A DNA stretch of 64,000 nt from positions 3,187 to 67,186 of the forward strand of contig DHSM01000008.1 of assembly GCA_002408465.1 (NCBI GenBank), in the 5' to 3' direction. Source of the DNA: Firmicutes bacterium UBA5286. Its GTDB lineage: Bacteria; Bacillota; Proteinivoracia; UBA4975. The number at the start of each line of letters is the position of its first letter. Position 1 is the first letter of the stretch. Shown piece after piece: positions 18,872 through 29,653 of this stretch. The notes beneath the pieces were generated by a model. The model did not search any database and was not told the DNA's origin. It saw only the letters and a list, made by a program, of their open reading frames with translations. Both the position numbers and the translations under genes were made by a program.

Positions 18872-20008
18872 ATGAAAAACATAATAATTGCCTTGGTAAT
18901 TTTGCTCTTGTTTCCAATGGCGGCTTTTGCCCAGGCTGACCCCGTCAGGGAGCCGGAATCTATCAGCGCAGCCTCTGCAATTCTGATCGAGACTGGTTCC
19001 GGGCGGGTGCTGTATGAGCACAATGCCCATCAGGAACGGCCCATTGCCAGCACCACAAAGATAATGACGGCACTGGTGGCCACAGAACTGAGCAGACCTG
19101 AAGAAGTCCTCAGTGTGCAAGCTGACTGTGTCAAGATAGAGGGCACTTCTCTGTATTTAGATGAGAATGAACAGCTGACCATGCTTGACATGCTCTATGG
19201 ACTGATATTGCGGTCTGGCAATGACGCAGCCGCCGCCATCGCTAAATATGTAGGCGGGGATATCAGCCATTTTGTCAGCCTCATGAATCAGCGGGCTTGG
19301 CAACTGGGGATGTATAATACCAGCTTTGGCAACCCCCATGGCCTTGATAATAGCCAGCACTACAGCACTGCTCATGATATGGCCTTGCTGGGGGCAGCGT
19401 TTTTAAAAATTCCCCTGCTCCGGCAGATATGTATTGCTGAAGAATATATTTCCCGGGAACTGACCAGCGGCCGAGTAAGACTGTTTATCAACAATAACAA
19501 GCTTTTGGCCCGAGATCCCAGGGCCTGCGGCATCAAAATCGGCTGGACGGAAAAGGCCGGCCGCTGTCTGGTGGCGGCGGCCAGGGCGGGGGAAATGGAG
19601 CTGGTGGCAGTGGTTTTGGCTGCGCCGGATCTGTACACCGACGTAAGCAAGCTCTTTGATTATGGCTTTAGCAGCTTGAGCATTCAGGAGCTGGTCCCCC
19701 AGGGCAAAGTAATGGCAGTATTGCCCGTTGACCAGGGAGAGGCCCAGCGGGTAGCTGTGGCATCCGCCGGGCCCGTCCGCTACCCGGTTTTTCCCGGGGA
19801 GACCCTGTCCTTTACCACCCAGGTGCAGGTGCCGGCAAAGTTGAGTGCGCCAGTGCGAAGCGGTCAGCCGGTAGGCACGGCCCTGGTCAGGGTGGATGGC
19901 GGCTGGACAGCAGAGATTGAGTTGGTAGCTGTTTCCGCTGTTGAGAAAAAAGCTGGAATAGCAACCCGTCTATTCGAGCTGGTGAGGGGATGGTGGCATG
20001 ATCAATAA
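18872..20008 (+). CDS. dacB: Sporulation D,D-carboxypeptidase
   Basis: STTK, SGN, KIG motifs; upstream of spmAB. Confidence 0.88.
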   Translation: MKNIIIALVILLLFPMAAFAQADPVREPESISAASAILIETGSGRVLYEHNAHQERPIASTTKIMTALVATELSRPEEVLSVQADCVKIEGTSLYLDENEQLTMLDMLYGLILRSGNDAAAAIAKYVGGDISHFVSLMNQRAWQLGMYNTSFGNPHGLDNSQHYSTAHDMALLGAAFLKIPLLRQICIAEEYISRELTSGRVRLFINNNKLLARDPRACGIKIGWTEKAGRCLVAAARAGEMELVAVVLAAPDLYTDVSKLFDYGFSSLSIQELVPQGKVMAVLPVDQGEAQRVAVASAGPVRYPVFPGETLSFTTQVQVPAKLSAPVRSGQPVGTALVRVDGGWTAEIELVAVSAVEKKAGIATRLFELVRGWWHDQ

Positions 20009-20594
20009 ATTTTGGCTTTTTTTTATCATATTCGGCATGATCGTAGCGGCCGCTACCGGCAATATGGGCAAGCTTACTCAAGTAATCCTCGACAGCGCCC
20101 AGCGGGGGGTGAGCATATCCCTGGGCCTGGTGGCAATACTGACGTTTTGGCTGGGCATGATGAAAATTATCGAAAGGTCGGGGCTCACGAGTATTCTGGT
20201 CAGGGCACTGCGGCCGGTGGCAAAATTTCTTTTTCCCTCTGTGCCCCTGGACCATCCGGCAATGAGTTCAATTCTTATGACTATGAGCGCCGACATGCTG
20301 GGCATGGGCAGCGCTGCCACCCCTATTGGCCTTCAGGCTATGAAGCAATTGCAGGAGCTTAATCCCGACAAGGAAACGGCCTCGCCGGCTATGTGCACAT
20401 TTTTGGCCATGAACACATCCAGCATTACCTTTATTCCCACCACAATCATTGCCCTGCGGGCCGCTTCAGGTTCCCTGAATCCAACGATGATCATCCCCAC
20501 GGCTTTGGTGGCTACCTGCGCCTCCTTTTTCGCCGCCATCAGTCTTGACCGCTTCTTCCGCTATCTCCAGACCAGGCGGGGCAATAATGACTGA
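19998..20594 (+). CDS. spmA: Spore maturation protein A
   Basis: FWLGMMKI, MLGMGSAATPIGLQAM, MCTFLAMNTSS. Confidence 0.93.
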   Translation: MINKFWLFFIIFGMIVAAATGNMGKLTQVILDSAQRGVSISLGLVAILTFWLGMMKIIERSGLTSILVRALRPVAKFLFPSVPLDHPAMSSILMTMSADMLGMGSAATPIGLQAMKQLQELNPDKETASPAMCTFLAMNTSSITFIPTTIIALRAASGSLNPTMIIPTALVATCASFFAAISLDRFFRYLQTRRGNND

Positions 20595-21120
20595 GATCAT
20601 GAACGCAGTGTCAGCTTGGGCAATTCCTGTCCTGGTGGTTGTGGTAGTGGCCTATGCTGCCTGGAAGCGGATTCCAGTCTTTGAGACCTTTGTTGAGGGG
20701 GGCAAGGAGGGATTTGCCATCGCTATTAACCTCATCCCATACATGGTCGCCATGCTGGTTGGCTTAGGGATTTTTCGGGAATCCGGGGCCTTTGACCTCT
20801 TCGTCCAGCTGCTGAAACCCATTACCAGCCTGGCGGGAATTCCCGGGGAAGTCCTGCCCCTGGCAATCATGCGTCCCATTTCCGGCAACGGGGCTTTAGC
20901 CATTGTGGCTGAAACCATGCAGCGCTATGGACCCGACTCCCTGATTAGTCTAATCGCCTGCACCATGCAGGGCAGCACCGACACCACATTTTATATTCTG
21001 ACGGTGTACTTCGGTTCTGTGGGCGTCCGCAATGCCCGCTATTCCCTAAAGGTAGGCCTGCTGGCGGATATTACCGGGTTTATTGTATCGGTGCTGATTT
21101 GCAACCTGATATTTGGGTAG
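20587..21120 (+). CDS. spmB: Spore maturation protein B
   Basis: FVEGGKEG, MRPISG, GSTDTTFYILTVYFGSVG. Confidence 0.94.
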   Translation: MTEIMNAVSAWAIPVLVVVVVAYAAWKRIPVFETFVEGGKEGFAIAINLIPYMVAMLVGLGIFRESGAFDLFVQLLKPITSLAGIPGEVLPLAIMRPISGNGALAIVAETMQRYGPDSLISLIACTMQGSTDTTFYILTVYFGSVGVRNARYSLKVGLLADITGFIVSVLICNLIFG

Positions 21121-21274
21121 ACCGCCAGGAAGTTTGCTAAAGCTTGGAAATTTGGTATAATCGAATGACAATATGTATTGACTCTGCCCTGCTTCTCTTG
21201 GTCTGACCAGGAGCCAGCTGGGATTTTGGCGCATATGTTATTATTGGACCACTTAAGCACAATCAAAGATTAAA

Positions 21275-21364
21275 TCTGAGCAGGCGATGAACCCCTTTGG
21301 TTCATGGGGCCGGGCCGCATTGGCTGCGGCAGCAGATGTCCGAATGGCACATCTGTGGGACAGT
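21275..21364 (+). ncRNA. NiCo (czcD) riboswitch
   Basis: CTGAGCAGGC...GGGCCGGGCC...GGCAGCAGA...TCTGTGGGACAGT four-way-junction signature upstream of a CDF transporter. Confidence 0.85.
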
Positions 21365-21435
21365 AAATGTTTCCATAGGTGTGCTTTTTCATATCTTCCA
21401 GGGGGTTAATCCACAACAACCGTTAGGAGGCAGAT

Positions 21436-22314
21436 ATGGAGAAGCGTAATAATCTGCAGATAGCCCTAAGGGTTTCTGCTGTCAGCATTGTCTGGAATGT
21501 AATTTTGTCAGTCTTTAAACTTTTCGCCGGGATAATGGCAAAATCCAATGCAATGGTTTCTGACTCTTTTCACAGCATATCTGATGTCCTCAGCACCATT
21601 GTGGTTATTATCGGCGTCAAAATCGCCAGCAAGAAATCCGATAATCAGCATCAGTACGGACATGAACGCATGGAATGTGTGGCGGCAATTCTGCTGGCGG
21701 GCATTTTGTGCGCCATAGGCATCGGGATTGGTTACGCAGGCATTGTCAAGATAATCAGGAGTCCGGCCGACACCCAAAATATTCCCGGTTCTTTGGCCTT
21801 AATCGCCGCGGTTGTTTCAATTGTCGTCAAAGAGGGGATGTTTTGGTACACCTGCCGTGGGGCAAAGAAAATTAGTTCCGGGGCTCTCATGGCAGATGCG
21901 TGGCATCACCGTTCTGACGCATTATCCTCGGTAGGAAGTTTTGCCGGCATCCTGGGGGCCCGCCTTGGATTCCCCATTTTGGACCCTGTTGCCAGCGTGG
22001 TCATTTGTATTTTTATCGTCAAAGCCTCTTTAAATATTTTTATCGATTCCATTGGCAAGATGGTTGATAAAGCCTGTGATGAACCAGTGGTGGCAGAAAT
22101 TAATACGGTCATTGCGGCTGAAGAGGATGTGCTGGCAATCGACAAACTGAAGACAAGGCTGTTCGGCGACAAAATCTATGTAGATGTGGAAATCAGCGTC
22201 AATGGCAGCGCCACCCTTGCCGAAGCACACGCCATTGCCCACCGAGTACATGACGCAATCGAAGGACATTTTCCTAAAGTCAAGCATTGCATGGTCCATG
22301 TCAACCCCTTGTAG
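21436..22314 (+). CDS. Cation diffusion facilitator (FieF/CzcD-like) metal exporter
   Basis: DSFHSISD, HQYGHER, DAWHHRSD, VHVNP. Confidence 0.93.
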   Translation: MEKRNNLQIALRVSAVSIVWNVILSVFKLFAGIMAKSNAMVSDSFHSISDVLSTIVVIIGVKIASKKSDNQHQYGHERMECVAAILLAGILCAIGIGIGYAGIVKIIRSPADTQNIPGSLALIAAVVSIVVKEGMFWYTCRGAKKISSGALMADAWHHRSDALSSVGSFAGILGARLGFPILDPVASVVICIFIVKASLNIFIDSIGKMVDKACDEPVVAEINTVIAAEEDVLAIDKLKTRLFGDKIYVDVEISVNGSATLAEAHAIAHRVHDAIEGHFPKVKHCMVHVNPL

Positions 22315-22493
22315 AGATTATCTGAAGAGGAGAACGGATTTTCCGTGGGCAGCCCCCTGGAGATTTAATTCAGTCAGCCTTGGTTTTCTAAGGCTGTTTT
22401 TATGCCGGCAAGGTTTTTGTCTAAGGGGCAGGGTTTTGATATAATTAACCAAGATGTTTTTGTCTTAAGAGGCATTGAAAGGGAGGGAAAGGC

Positions 22494-23309
22494 ATGGTGA
22501 GGATTGTCACTGATTCGGCAGCGGATTTGCCCCGGGAATTGGCAGAACAGCTGGGTATAATCATTGTGCCCATCCGGGTCATTCTTGGAGCGGCCAGCTT
22601 CAGAGATGGCATCGATCTGCCACCTGGAGATTTTTCCGCCAAGCTTGGCGCCGGCAATATGCCCGCTACCTCTCAGCCCTCTCCCTGGGATTTCAAAAAA
22701 GTTTTTTTAAATCTAACCAACCAAGGAGAAGAGGTGCTTTGTCTATCTTTGTCAGCCGGTTTGAGCGGCACTTGCCACAGCGCTTCAATCGCCGCCAGCC
22801 AAACTGGCGGAAAAATCCGGATTGTTGATTCGCAGCTGGTGTCTGCCGGCCAGGGTTTGCTTGTCACACGGGCAGCAGCCCTGGCTGCAGAAGGTTATGA
22901 TCTAGACCAGCTTGCCCACTGGGTCAATGAAGAAAAAAAGCGCATCCAAGTTTATGCGGCCTTGGACAACGTTGAACCCATTGTCCGGGGAGGCAGGACC
23001 AGCCTTTTTGCCCGCCACGCCGCTGGCAGAGCTGGAATCAAGCTGATTTTTACCTTTAATCAGCAGGGGGGAATCCAGATTCTTGAGCGAGTTAGGGGGC
23101 GCAAGCCCTCCTTGGATCGGCTGACAGAACTGCTGGTAGAAAAAGCCTGCACGCAAGTTGCCCTGGTCCACGTTGATTGCAGCAGCGAAGCGGGTATGGT
23201 CGCCCGCAGCATTGCCGAGCGATGCCGGGCAAAGATTACCTATGTCCAGGAGGCAGGCGCTACAGTGCGTACTTATGCAGGCCGGGGCGCAGTAATTGCC
23301 GCCGGTTAA
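22494..23309 (+). CDS. DegV family fatty-acid-binding protein
   Basis: IVTDSAADLP, TSQPS, SAGLSGT, VDSQLVSAGQG. Confidence 0.9.
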   Translation: MVRIVTDSAADLPRELAEQLGIIIVPIRVILGAASFRDGIDLPPGDFSAKLGAGNMPATSQPSPWDFKKVFLNLTNQGEEVLCLSLSAGLSGTCHSASIAASQTGGKIRIVDSQLVSAGQGLLVTRAAALAAEGYDLDQLAHWVNEEKKRIQVYAALDNVEPIVRGGRTSLFARHAAGRAGIKLIFTFNQQGGIQILERVRGRKPSLDRLTELLVEKACTQVALVHVDCSSEAGMVARSIAERCRAKITYVQEAGATVRTYAGRGAVIAAG

Positions 23310-23359
23310 ACTCACAGTCAGCTGTGGGTTTGTCATTGCCAGTGAAAGGGAGTGAAAAA

Positions 23360-24094
23360 ATGGAACGTCTGCAGAAAGTCCTGGCCGCCGCAGGGGTGGC
23401 CTCCCGGCGAAAGTGCGAGGAAATAATCGCCGCCGGCCGGGTCAGCGTCAACGGCCAAATTGTTACCGCCCAGGGTTTCAAGGTTGGTCCGGTTGATCAG
23501 GTATCCCTGGACGGCAAACCAGTGGAGAAGGCTGAAACCCATGTGTACTATCTTTTAAACAAGCCCGCAGGGTTGATCACAACAGTTACAGATACCCACG
23601 GCCGCCCAACCGTTATGGATTTGGTGCCTAAGCAGCCCCGGGTCTACCCTGTGGGCAGGCTGGATTTGGATACCGAGGGTCTGTTGCTGCTGACCAATGA
23701 CGGCGAGTTGACCAATTCCCTGCTGCACCCCTCCCGGGAAGTGGAAAAGGTTTACCGGGCAGTGGCCGCAGGCCAGGTGACCGATGCAGATTTGGCCCGG
23801 TTAGCTGCCGGCGTTGAGCTGGAGGACGGCTTGACTGCCCCGGCGGCGGTCAAGCTGACAGAGAGAACCCCCCGGCGGACGGTGCTGGAAATAACAATTC
23901 ACGAGGGGCGAAAGCGCCAGGTCAAGCGCATGTTTCTGGCTGTAGGGCACAAGGTTTCGCATCTTGAACGTATTCGCTTCGCCTTCCTGACCTTGTCGGG
24001 GCTGGAACGGGGGAAATACAGAAATTTAACCAGCCAGGAGATTCAGGGGTTAAAAAATCTTCCCAAAAAAAGAGGACTTCCCAGAGATAAATAG
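23360..24094 (+). CDS. rluB: 23S rRNA pseudouridine synthase (RluB/RsuA family)
   Basis: MERLQKVLA S4 domain, LNKP, PVGRLD, EGRKRQVKRM. Confidence 0.92.
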   Translation: MERLQKVLAAAGVASRRKCEEIIAAGRVSVNGQIVTAQGFKVGPVDQVSLDGKPVEKAETHVYYLLNKPAGLITTVTDTHGRPTVMDLVPKQPRVYPVGRLDLDTEGLLLLTNDGELTNSLLHPSREVEKVYRAVAAGQVTDADLARLAAGVELEDGLTAPAAVKLTERTPRRTVLEITIHEGRKRQVKRMFLAVGHKVSHLERIRFAFLTLSGLERGKYRNLTSQEIQGLKNLPKKRGLPRDK

Positions 24095-24126
24095 TATAAT
24101 ATAGTTGTGGATTTTTCTTAAATAGT

Positions 24127-24786
24127 ATGTCACAATTGGTGGTGAGTGCCATTCGTTTGACCAAACGGCAAGAAGAGATAATCAAGCTGGTCAAAGAAAA
24201 GGGCCCGATTACCAGTGAGGAAATCGGGGCGAATTTTAACCTGTCGAGGGCAACTTTGCGGCCGGATTTGGCAATCCTGACTATGTCCGGTTTGCTGGAT
24301 GCCCGTCCCCGGGTAGGCTATTTCTATCCCGGGCGCAGGCCCGACAGTTTGCTTGCCCAGCAGTTGGAGACAATAGAGGTGAAGAGCGTCAAGGCTTTGC
24401 CCGTTGTCATTCAGCAGGGGCAGTCGGCCTATGATGCTGTGGTGACTCTGTTTCTGGAGGACCTCAGCACCCTCTTCGTCGTAGACGAAGGCGGGAATTT
24501 GGCGGGCGTGCTGACCTGCAAGGACCTGTTAAAGGCCGCCATAGGCAAGGCTGATCTGCAGGCTATGCCTGTAGACATGGTTATGACCCGTTTTCCCCAG
24601 GTAATGTGGATTGAAGAATCCGCTTCGGTTGCCCAGGCTCTGGATAAGCTCAAGCAAAGCCAGGTTGCCTGTCTGCCGGTATTAAAAGGGGGGCGGCTGC
24701 CTACAGGGCGCTTTGACTTGCATGTGGTGATGAATTTAATGGAAGAGATGGCTCAGAGACATCTTGAGGAGGGTAGGGGTCTGTGA
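24127..24786 (+). CDS. ccpN: HTH-CBS transcriptional repressor CcpN
   Basis: RATLRPDLAILTMSGLLDARPRVGYFY plus CBS pair; start uncertain. Confidence 0.9.
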   Translation: MSQLVVSAIRLTKRQEEIIKLVKEKGPITSEEIGANFNLSRATLRPDLAILTMSGLLDARPRVGYFYPGRRPDSLLAQQLETIEVKSVKALPVVIQQGQSAYDAVVTLFLEDLSTLFVVDEGGNLAGVLTCKDLLKAAIGKADLQAMPVDMVMTRFPQVMWIEESASVAQALDKLKQSQVACLPVLKGGRLPTGRFDLHVVMNLMEEMAQRHLEEGRGL

Positions 24787-25613
24787 CAGAAGATAAGGGT
24801 AAGCCAACAGTATATATTTTGTCAGACTCAGTGGGAGAGACTGCCGAGCTGGTGGCCAAGGCCGCAGCTAGTCAGTACAATGGCGGCAAAGTAGAAGTGC
24901 GGCGCATTCCCTATGTTAATGACGAGGAAACAATTCGGGAAACGGTGGCAGAGGCCCGGGAAAACGGGGGCATCATCGTCTATACCATAATTACGCCTTT
25001 TTTGCGGGAGCTGGTGCGTCACTTGGCTCAGCGGTCTGGGGTTCCCCAAGCGGATATTATGGGCCCGGTAATGGATGCCTTTGCCCAAATCATGCCGGGA
25101 GATCCGAAAATGGAGCCCGGTCTTGTGCGCAAGCTGGACTCCCAGTATTTCCGCCGGGTGGAAGCAATAGAATTCGCTGTCAAATACGATGACGGCAAGG
25201 ATTCCCGGGGCTTGCGACTAGCTGACCTGGTCTTGGTGGGGGTATCCCGGACTTCAAAAACGCCTCTCAGCATGTACCTGGCCAATAAACAGATTAAGGT
25301 GGCTAATGTGCCCCTGGTCCCTGAGGTGCAACCTCCCGAAGAGCTGTTTGAGATTGGCAGGGAAAAGGTGGTAGGACTGACGATTTCACCGGACCAGCTG
25401 TTTGTAATTCGCAAGGAGCGCCTGCTGGCCCTTGGCCTGCGCCATCAGTCCAGTTATGCCAGTCTGGACCGAATCCTCAAAGAACTGGAATTCTCTGGGG
25501 GCATTATGAAGAAACTGGGCTGTCCAGTCTTTGATGTCACTAATAAAGCAGTAGAGGAAACCGCTGGCAGATTACTAGAACTGATAAGGAGGAGAAGTGG
25601 AAATGAGGAATGA
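24783..25613 (+). CDS. ppsR: Pyruvate, phosphate dikinase regulatory protein (YqfL/PpsR)
   Basis: SDSVGETAE, AIEFAVKYDDG, GVSRTSKTPLSMYLA. Confidence 0.93.
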   Translation: MTEDKGKPTVYILSDSVGETAELVAKAAASQYNGGKVEVRRIPYVNDEETIRETVAEARENGGIIVYTIITPFLRELVRHLAQRSGVPQADIMGPVMDAFAQIMPGDPKMEPGLVRKLDSQYFRRVEAIEFAVKYDDGKDSRGLRLADLVLVGVSRTSKTPLSMYLANKQIKVANVPLVPEVQPPEELFEIGREKVVGLTISPDQLFVIRKERLLALGLRHQSSYASLDRILKELEFSGGIMKKLGCPVFDVTNKAVEETAGRLLELIRRRSGNEE

Positions 25614-28242
25614 TTTAGTATCACCATTTAGCGCCGGAAGTGCTGAGGACAAAGAACTTTTAGGGGGCAAGGGGGCAAACCTTGCTGAAATGACCCGCCT
25701 TGGTCTTCCGGTTCCTTCTGGGTTTACCATCAATACCCGAGCCTGCAAGCAGTATTACCAGGAGGGGAGACAGCTGTGGCCTGAACTCCTTGCGCAAACT
25801 GAGCAAGCAGTGGCGGCCCTGGAGCAGAGGACAGGCAAGCAATTTGGCAGCAGCGACAACCCTCTTCTAGTTTCCGTGCGTTCGGGGGCTCCCGTTTCAA
25901 TGCCCGGGATGATGGACACCATCCTCAATCTTGGCCTCAACGACACCACTGTTGAAGCCCTTGCTAAGGTTACGGGCAACCGCAGGTTTGCCCTTGACTG
26001 TTACCGCCGCTTTATCCAGATGTTTGGCGATGTGGTCCTGGGAATTCCCCATCATGACTTTGAGGCTTCTCTCAGCAAGCTGAAAGAACGGGCTGGTGTC
26101 AAGCTGGACACCGAATTGGATGCTCAGCAGTTGGCAGGTCTGGTGGAAACATATAAAGAAATCATAAATAAAGAAATTAAAGAACCCTTCCCTCAACAGC
26201 CCCTTGAACAGTTGAAAATGGCTGTGCAGGCGGTTTTTGACTCCTGGAACAACAACCGGGCCATTGTCTACCGGCGGATTAATAAGATTCCTGAGCATTA
26301 TGGGACTGCAGTCAACGTTCAGGAAATGGTGTTTGGCAACAGCGGCGATGATTCGGCCACGGGTGTCCTCTTTACCCGCAACCCCTCTACGGGAGAAAAG
26401 AAACTGTACGGCGAGTTTCTGGTCAATGCCCAGGGTGAAGACGTGGTGGCCGGCATTCGCACCCCCCGCCCAATTGCTGAGCTAGCACGGCTGATGCCAG
26501 TCGCCTCGAAAAAGCTCAACGGCATCTGCCAGCAGCTGGAACGCCATTACAAGGATATGCAGGACATTGAGTTTACCATTGAAAAGGGCACTCTCTTTAT
26601 GCTCCAGACCAGGACCGGCAAGCGCACTGCCCGAGCTTCTGTCCAGATAGCCGTGGATATGGTTGCCGAAGGGCTGATCGACAAAAAGCTTGCTTTGCTG
26701 AGAATTGACGCCGGCCAATTGGGGGCCCTCCTTCACCGTCAGGTTTCCCCCGATGCCAAAATGGAGGTCGTTGCCACGGGGCTGCCGGCATCGCCGGGGG
26801 CGGGCTGCGGCGTTATCGTCTTTGATTCTGATGAAGCGGAAGCCAGGGGCAGGGAAGGGGAACAGGTTATTTTGGTCCGTTCCGAAACTACTCCTGATGA
26901 TATACATGGCATAGTTGAGGCTGTGGGCATTCTTACTTCCCGGGGCGGCATGACCAGTCACGCTGCCGTAGTTGCCCGGGGCATGGGCAAACCCTGTGTC
27001 TGCGGGTGCGAAGCTATAAAAATAGACCTCAAGGCAGAAACCGCTCAGGTTGGCGGCATTACCCTGCATAAGGGAGACAAGATTTCAATTGACGGCGGCA
27101 CTGGGCGGGTAATCCTGGGCCAGGTGCCCCTGGTAGAACCGGAGCTGAGCCATGAGTTTAGTGTCATTCTGCAGTGGGCCGACGAAGTCAGGACTTTAGG
27201 AATCAGGGCCAATGCCGATACTCCTCAGGATGCTCTTAGGGCTAGAGAGTTTGGCGCCGAAGGCATCGGCCTCTGCCGCACCGAGCATATGTTTATGGCT
27301 GTCGACCGTCTGCCCATTGTCCAGTCAATGATCCTGGCCGAAACCAGTGAAGGCCGCCAAGCTGCCCTGGCTCAGCTGCTGCCCATTCAGCAGCAGGACT
27401 TTTATGGCATTTTCAAGGCCATGGCAGGCCTGCCGGTCACTGTCCGCCTGTTAGATCCGCCTCTCCATGAATTCCTGCCCTCAGCGGAAAAGCTGGCGGT
27501 GGAAGTGGCTTTGCTGGAGGCTGGCAAGGGTGATGTCAGCAAGCTCAGCGAAACCCGCACCCTGCTGCGGCAAGTGCGCAACCTGCAGGAAGCAAATCCC
27601 ATGCTGGGCAACAGGGGCTGCCGCTTAGGACTGATTTATCCTGAAATTTACCAGATGCAGGTGGAGGCAATTCTCAACGCCGCCGCTCAGCTCCTGAGCG
27701 AGGGCGTCGACGTCAAAGCCGAGATCATGATTCCCTTGGTCTCTCACCGCAACGAACTGGAACGTATGCGGGAGCTGGTGGCCACAACTCGGGACCGGGT
27801 GGCCGAGGAGACAGGAAAGCAGCTTGACATCCTCATCGGCACCATGATTGAGCTGCCCCGAGCCTGTGTCACTGCCGATGAAATTGCCGAACATGCAGAC
27901 TTCTTCTCCTTTGGCACCAATGACCTGACCCAGACCGCATTTGGCTTTAGCCGGGACGATGCCGAGGCAAAATTCCTGCCGGCATACCTGGAGGAAAAAC
28001 TTCTTCCTGACAATCCCTTCGCTGTTCTTGACCGCCAGGGAGTTGGCAAACTGATGGAAATTGCCGTGGGCCTGGGCCGGGGCAAAAAGAAAAGCCTGAA
28101 GATCGGCATTTGCGGTGAACACGGCGGCGAACCCAGTTCCATTGCCTTCTGCCACAGCTTGAATATGAACTATGTCAGCTGTTCACCTTACCGGGTTCCC
28201 GTAGCTCGCCTGGCAGCAGCTCAGGCAGCATTAAAGAAATAA
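25597..28242 (+). CDS. ppdK: Pyruvate, phosphate dikinase
   Basis: LLGGKGANLAEM, GGMTSHAAVVARG, GIGLCRTEHMF, FSFGTNDLTQ. Confidence 0.98.
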   Translation: MEMRNDLVSPFSAGSAEDKELLGGKGANLAEMTRLGLPVPSGFTINTRACKQYYQEGRQLWPELLAQTEQAVAALEQRTGKQFGSSDNPLLVSVRSGAPVSMPGMMDTILNLGLNDTTVEALAKVTGNRRFALDCYRRFIQMFGDVVLGIPHHDFEASLSKLKERAGVKLDTELDAQQLAGLVETYKEIINKEIKEPFPQQPLEQLKMAVQAVFDSWNNNRAIVYRRINKIPEHYGTAVNVQEMVFGNSGDDSATGVLFTRNPSTGEKKLYGEFLVNAQGEDVVAGIRTPRPIAELARLMPVASKKLNGICQQLERHYKDMQDIEFTIEKGTLFMLQTRTGKRTARASVQIAVDMVAEGLIDKKLALLRIDAGQLGALLHRQVSPDAKMEVVATGLPASPGAGCGVIVFDSDEAEARGREGEQVILVRSETTPDDIHGIVEAVGILTSRGGMTSHAAVVARGMGKPCVCGCEAIKIDLKAETAQVGGITLHKGDKISIDGGTGRVILGQVPLVEPELSHEFSVILQWADEVRTLGIRANADTPQDALRAREFGAEGIGLCRTEHMFMAVDRLPIVQSMILAETSEGRQAALAQLLPIQQQDFYGIFKAMAGLPVTVRLLDPPLHEFLPSAEKLAVEVALLEAGKGDVSKLSETRTLLRQVRNLQEANPMLGNRGCRLGLIYPEIYQMQVEAILNAAAQLLSEGVDVKAEIMIPLVSHRNELERMRELVATTRDRVAEETGKQLDILIGTMIELPRACVTADEIAEHADFFSFGTNDLTQTAFGFSRDDAEAKFLPAYLEEKLLPDNPFAVLDRQGVGKLMEIAVGLGRGKKKSLKIGICGEHGGEPSSIAFCHSLNMNYVSCSPYRVPVARLAAAQAALKK

Positions 28243-28247
28243 ACAAT

Positions 28248-28282
28248 AAAAGAGGGTGTCTCACGGGGAGACACCCTCTTTT
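28248..28282. terminator. Bidirectional intrinsic terminator
   Basis: AAAAGAGGGTGTCTC-loop-GAGACACCCTCTTTT between convergent genes. Confidence 0.85.
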
Positions 28283-28321
28283 GGAACCAGGGGGATTCTT
28301 TTTATCCCAAACCGGCTAATG

Positions 28322-29512
28322 TTATGCAAACAGACCGACTATCCAGTTGCCCAGGTCGACAAAGATCTGACTGAGGTAACGGAGAATCCTTGTAAGGAAA
28401 CTGGCCTTTTCAGCGTTTTCGTTGAGGACCAGATCCACTGCCGTCACCAGTTCCCCATTCTTGTAGTAGGAAAGGGTGCCGACAACATCGCCTTTTCCCA
28501 TGGGGGCTTTCAGATTCGGAAGGATTTCAATCCTTTCCTCGAAGTCTTCCAGTTTATCAGTCCTTGACATCACCAGGGTCACATCCTTGACCGGCACAAT
28601 TTCAGCTTCTTTTTCCTTTGCCAGTTCAATTGAGATGGAGTCAATGACCTCACCGGCCTTTACAGGCACCGAGGGCTGGAACTGGTCGAAAGCCTGAGCA
28701 AGCAGTTCTTTGACCCTTTTGTCCCGCAGGGGAATGGTCTCTTCCCCCATGACGACGACAATATATCGGCGGGAACCTTCTGCGGCGGTAACTGTAATGC
28801 ATCTCCTGGCTTCCGGGGTCCAGCCGGTTTTCAGCCCGTCGATATTGCGCCAGCCAATGAGGCTGGCATAAGTGGAATGCATATCAAAGTAGCCCTGGCG
28901 CACATAGCGTGTCTCCCGCTCCATGCGCAGGAACTTTTTCGAAGAATAATCCAGGATTTCAGGGTACTTTTCCAAGGTCGCCCTGGTAAGAATGGCAATG
29001 TCCCGGGCAGACATAACATGCCCTTCTGTATGAAGGCCATGAGCGTTAATAAAAGTGGTGTTTGTCAAGCCCAGTTCATTGGCCTTTTCGTTCATCATGG
29101 CGACAAAAGCGCTTTCGCTGCCGGCAATGTATTCTGCCAAAGCAATCCCTGCGTCATTAGCGGAGATTATCGCTACGGCTTCCAACAGTTCATCTACAGT
29201 CAGCACTTCTCCAGTTCCCAGAAAGATGGTGGAAGAGCCGTCGGGAAGACTGGAAGCATTGGCGCTGGCTTTAACTTGGTCATCAAGTTGAATTTTTCCC
29301 TCGGCAATGGCTTCAAAGACCAAATGCATGGTCATCAGTTTTGTAATGCTGGCAGGGGGAAGGGGAGCGTCAATATTCTCCGCATAGAGAATCTGACCGG
29401 TTTCAAAATCCATGATTAATGCCGCTGTATTACTTGGCTGCTCTGCGCCAGCAGGCACAGCCATTGTTAATAACAGGGCAACAGTAAAAAGCAGGCAAAA
29501 TGTTTTTTTCAT
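28322..29512 (-). CDS. D-alanyl-D-alanine carboxypeptidase (DacA-like)
   Basis: Signal peptide, SITK, SAN, KTG motifs, PBP5-C domain. Confidence 0.9.
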   Translation of the reverse strand: MKKTFCLLFTVALLLTMAVPAGAEQPSNTAALIMDFETGQILYAENIDAPLPPASITKLMTMHLVFEAIAEGKIQLDDQVKASANASSLPDGSSTIFLGTGEVLTVDELLEAVAIISANDAGIALAEYIAGSESAFVAMMNEKANELGLTNTTFINAHGLHTEGHVMSARDIAILTRATLEKYPEILDYSSKKFLRMERETRYVRQGYFDMHSTYASLIGWRNIDGLKTGWTPEARRCITVTAAEGSRRYIVVVMGEETIPLRDKRVKELLAQAFDQFQPSVPVKAGEVIDSISIELAKEKEAEIVPVKDVTLVMSRTDKLEDFEERIEILPNLKAPMGKGDVVGTLSYYKNGELVTAVDLVLNENAEKASFLTRILRYLSQIFVDLGNWIVGLFA

Positions 29513-29653
29513 AATTTTCCTCCTCACCCGTTATGCATAAGACACTTATATAGTATACTGGACAAGCCATGCAAGGGCAACGGAAATAAATCCAAATTAT
29601 TTAACTGGGTTATCAAACTGATTGTTGAATGTAATAAGTAAGGGGGAATATAA

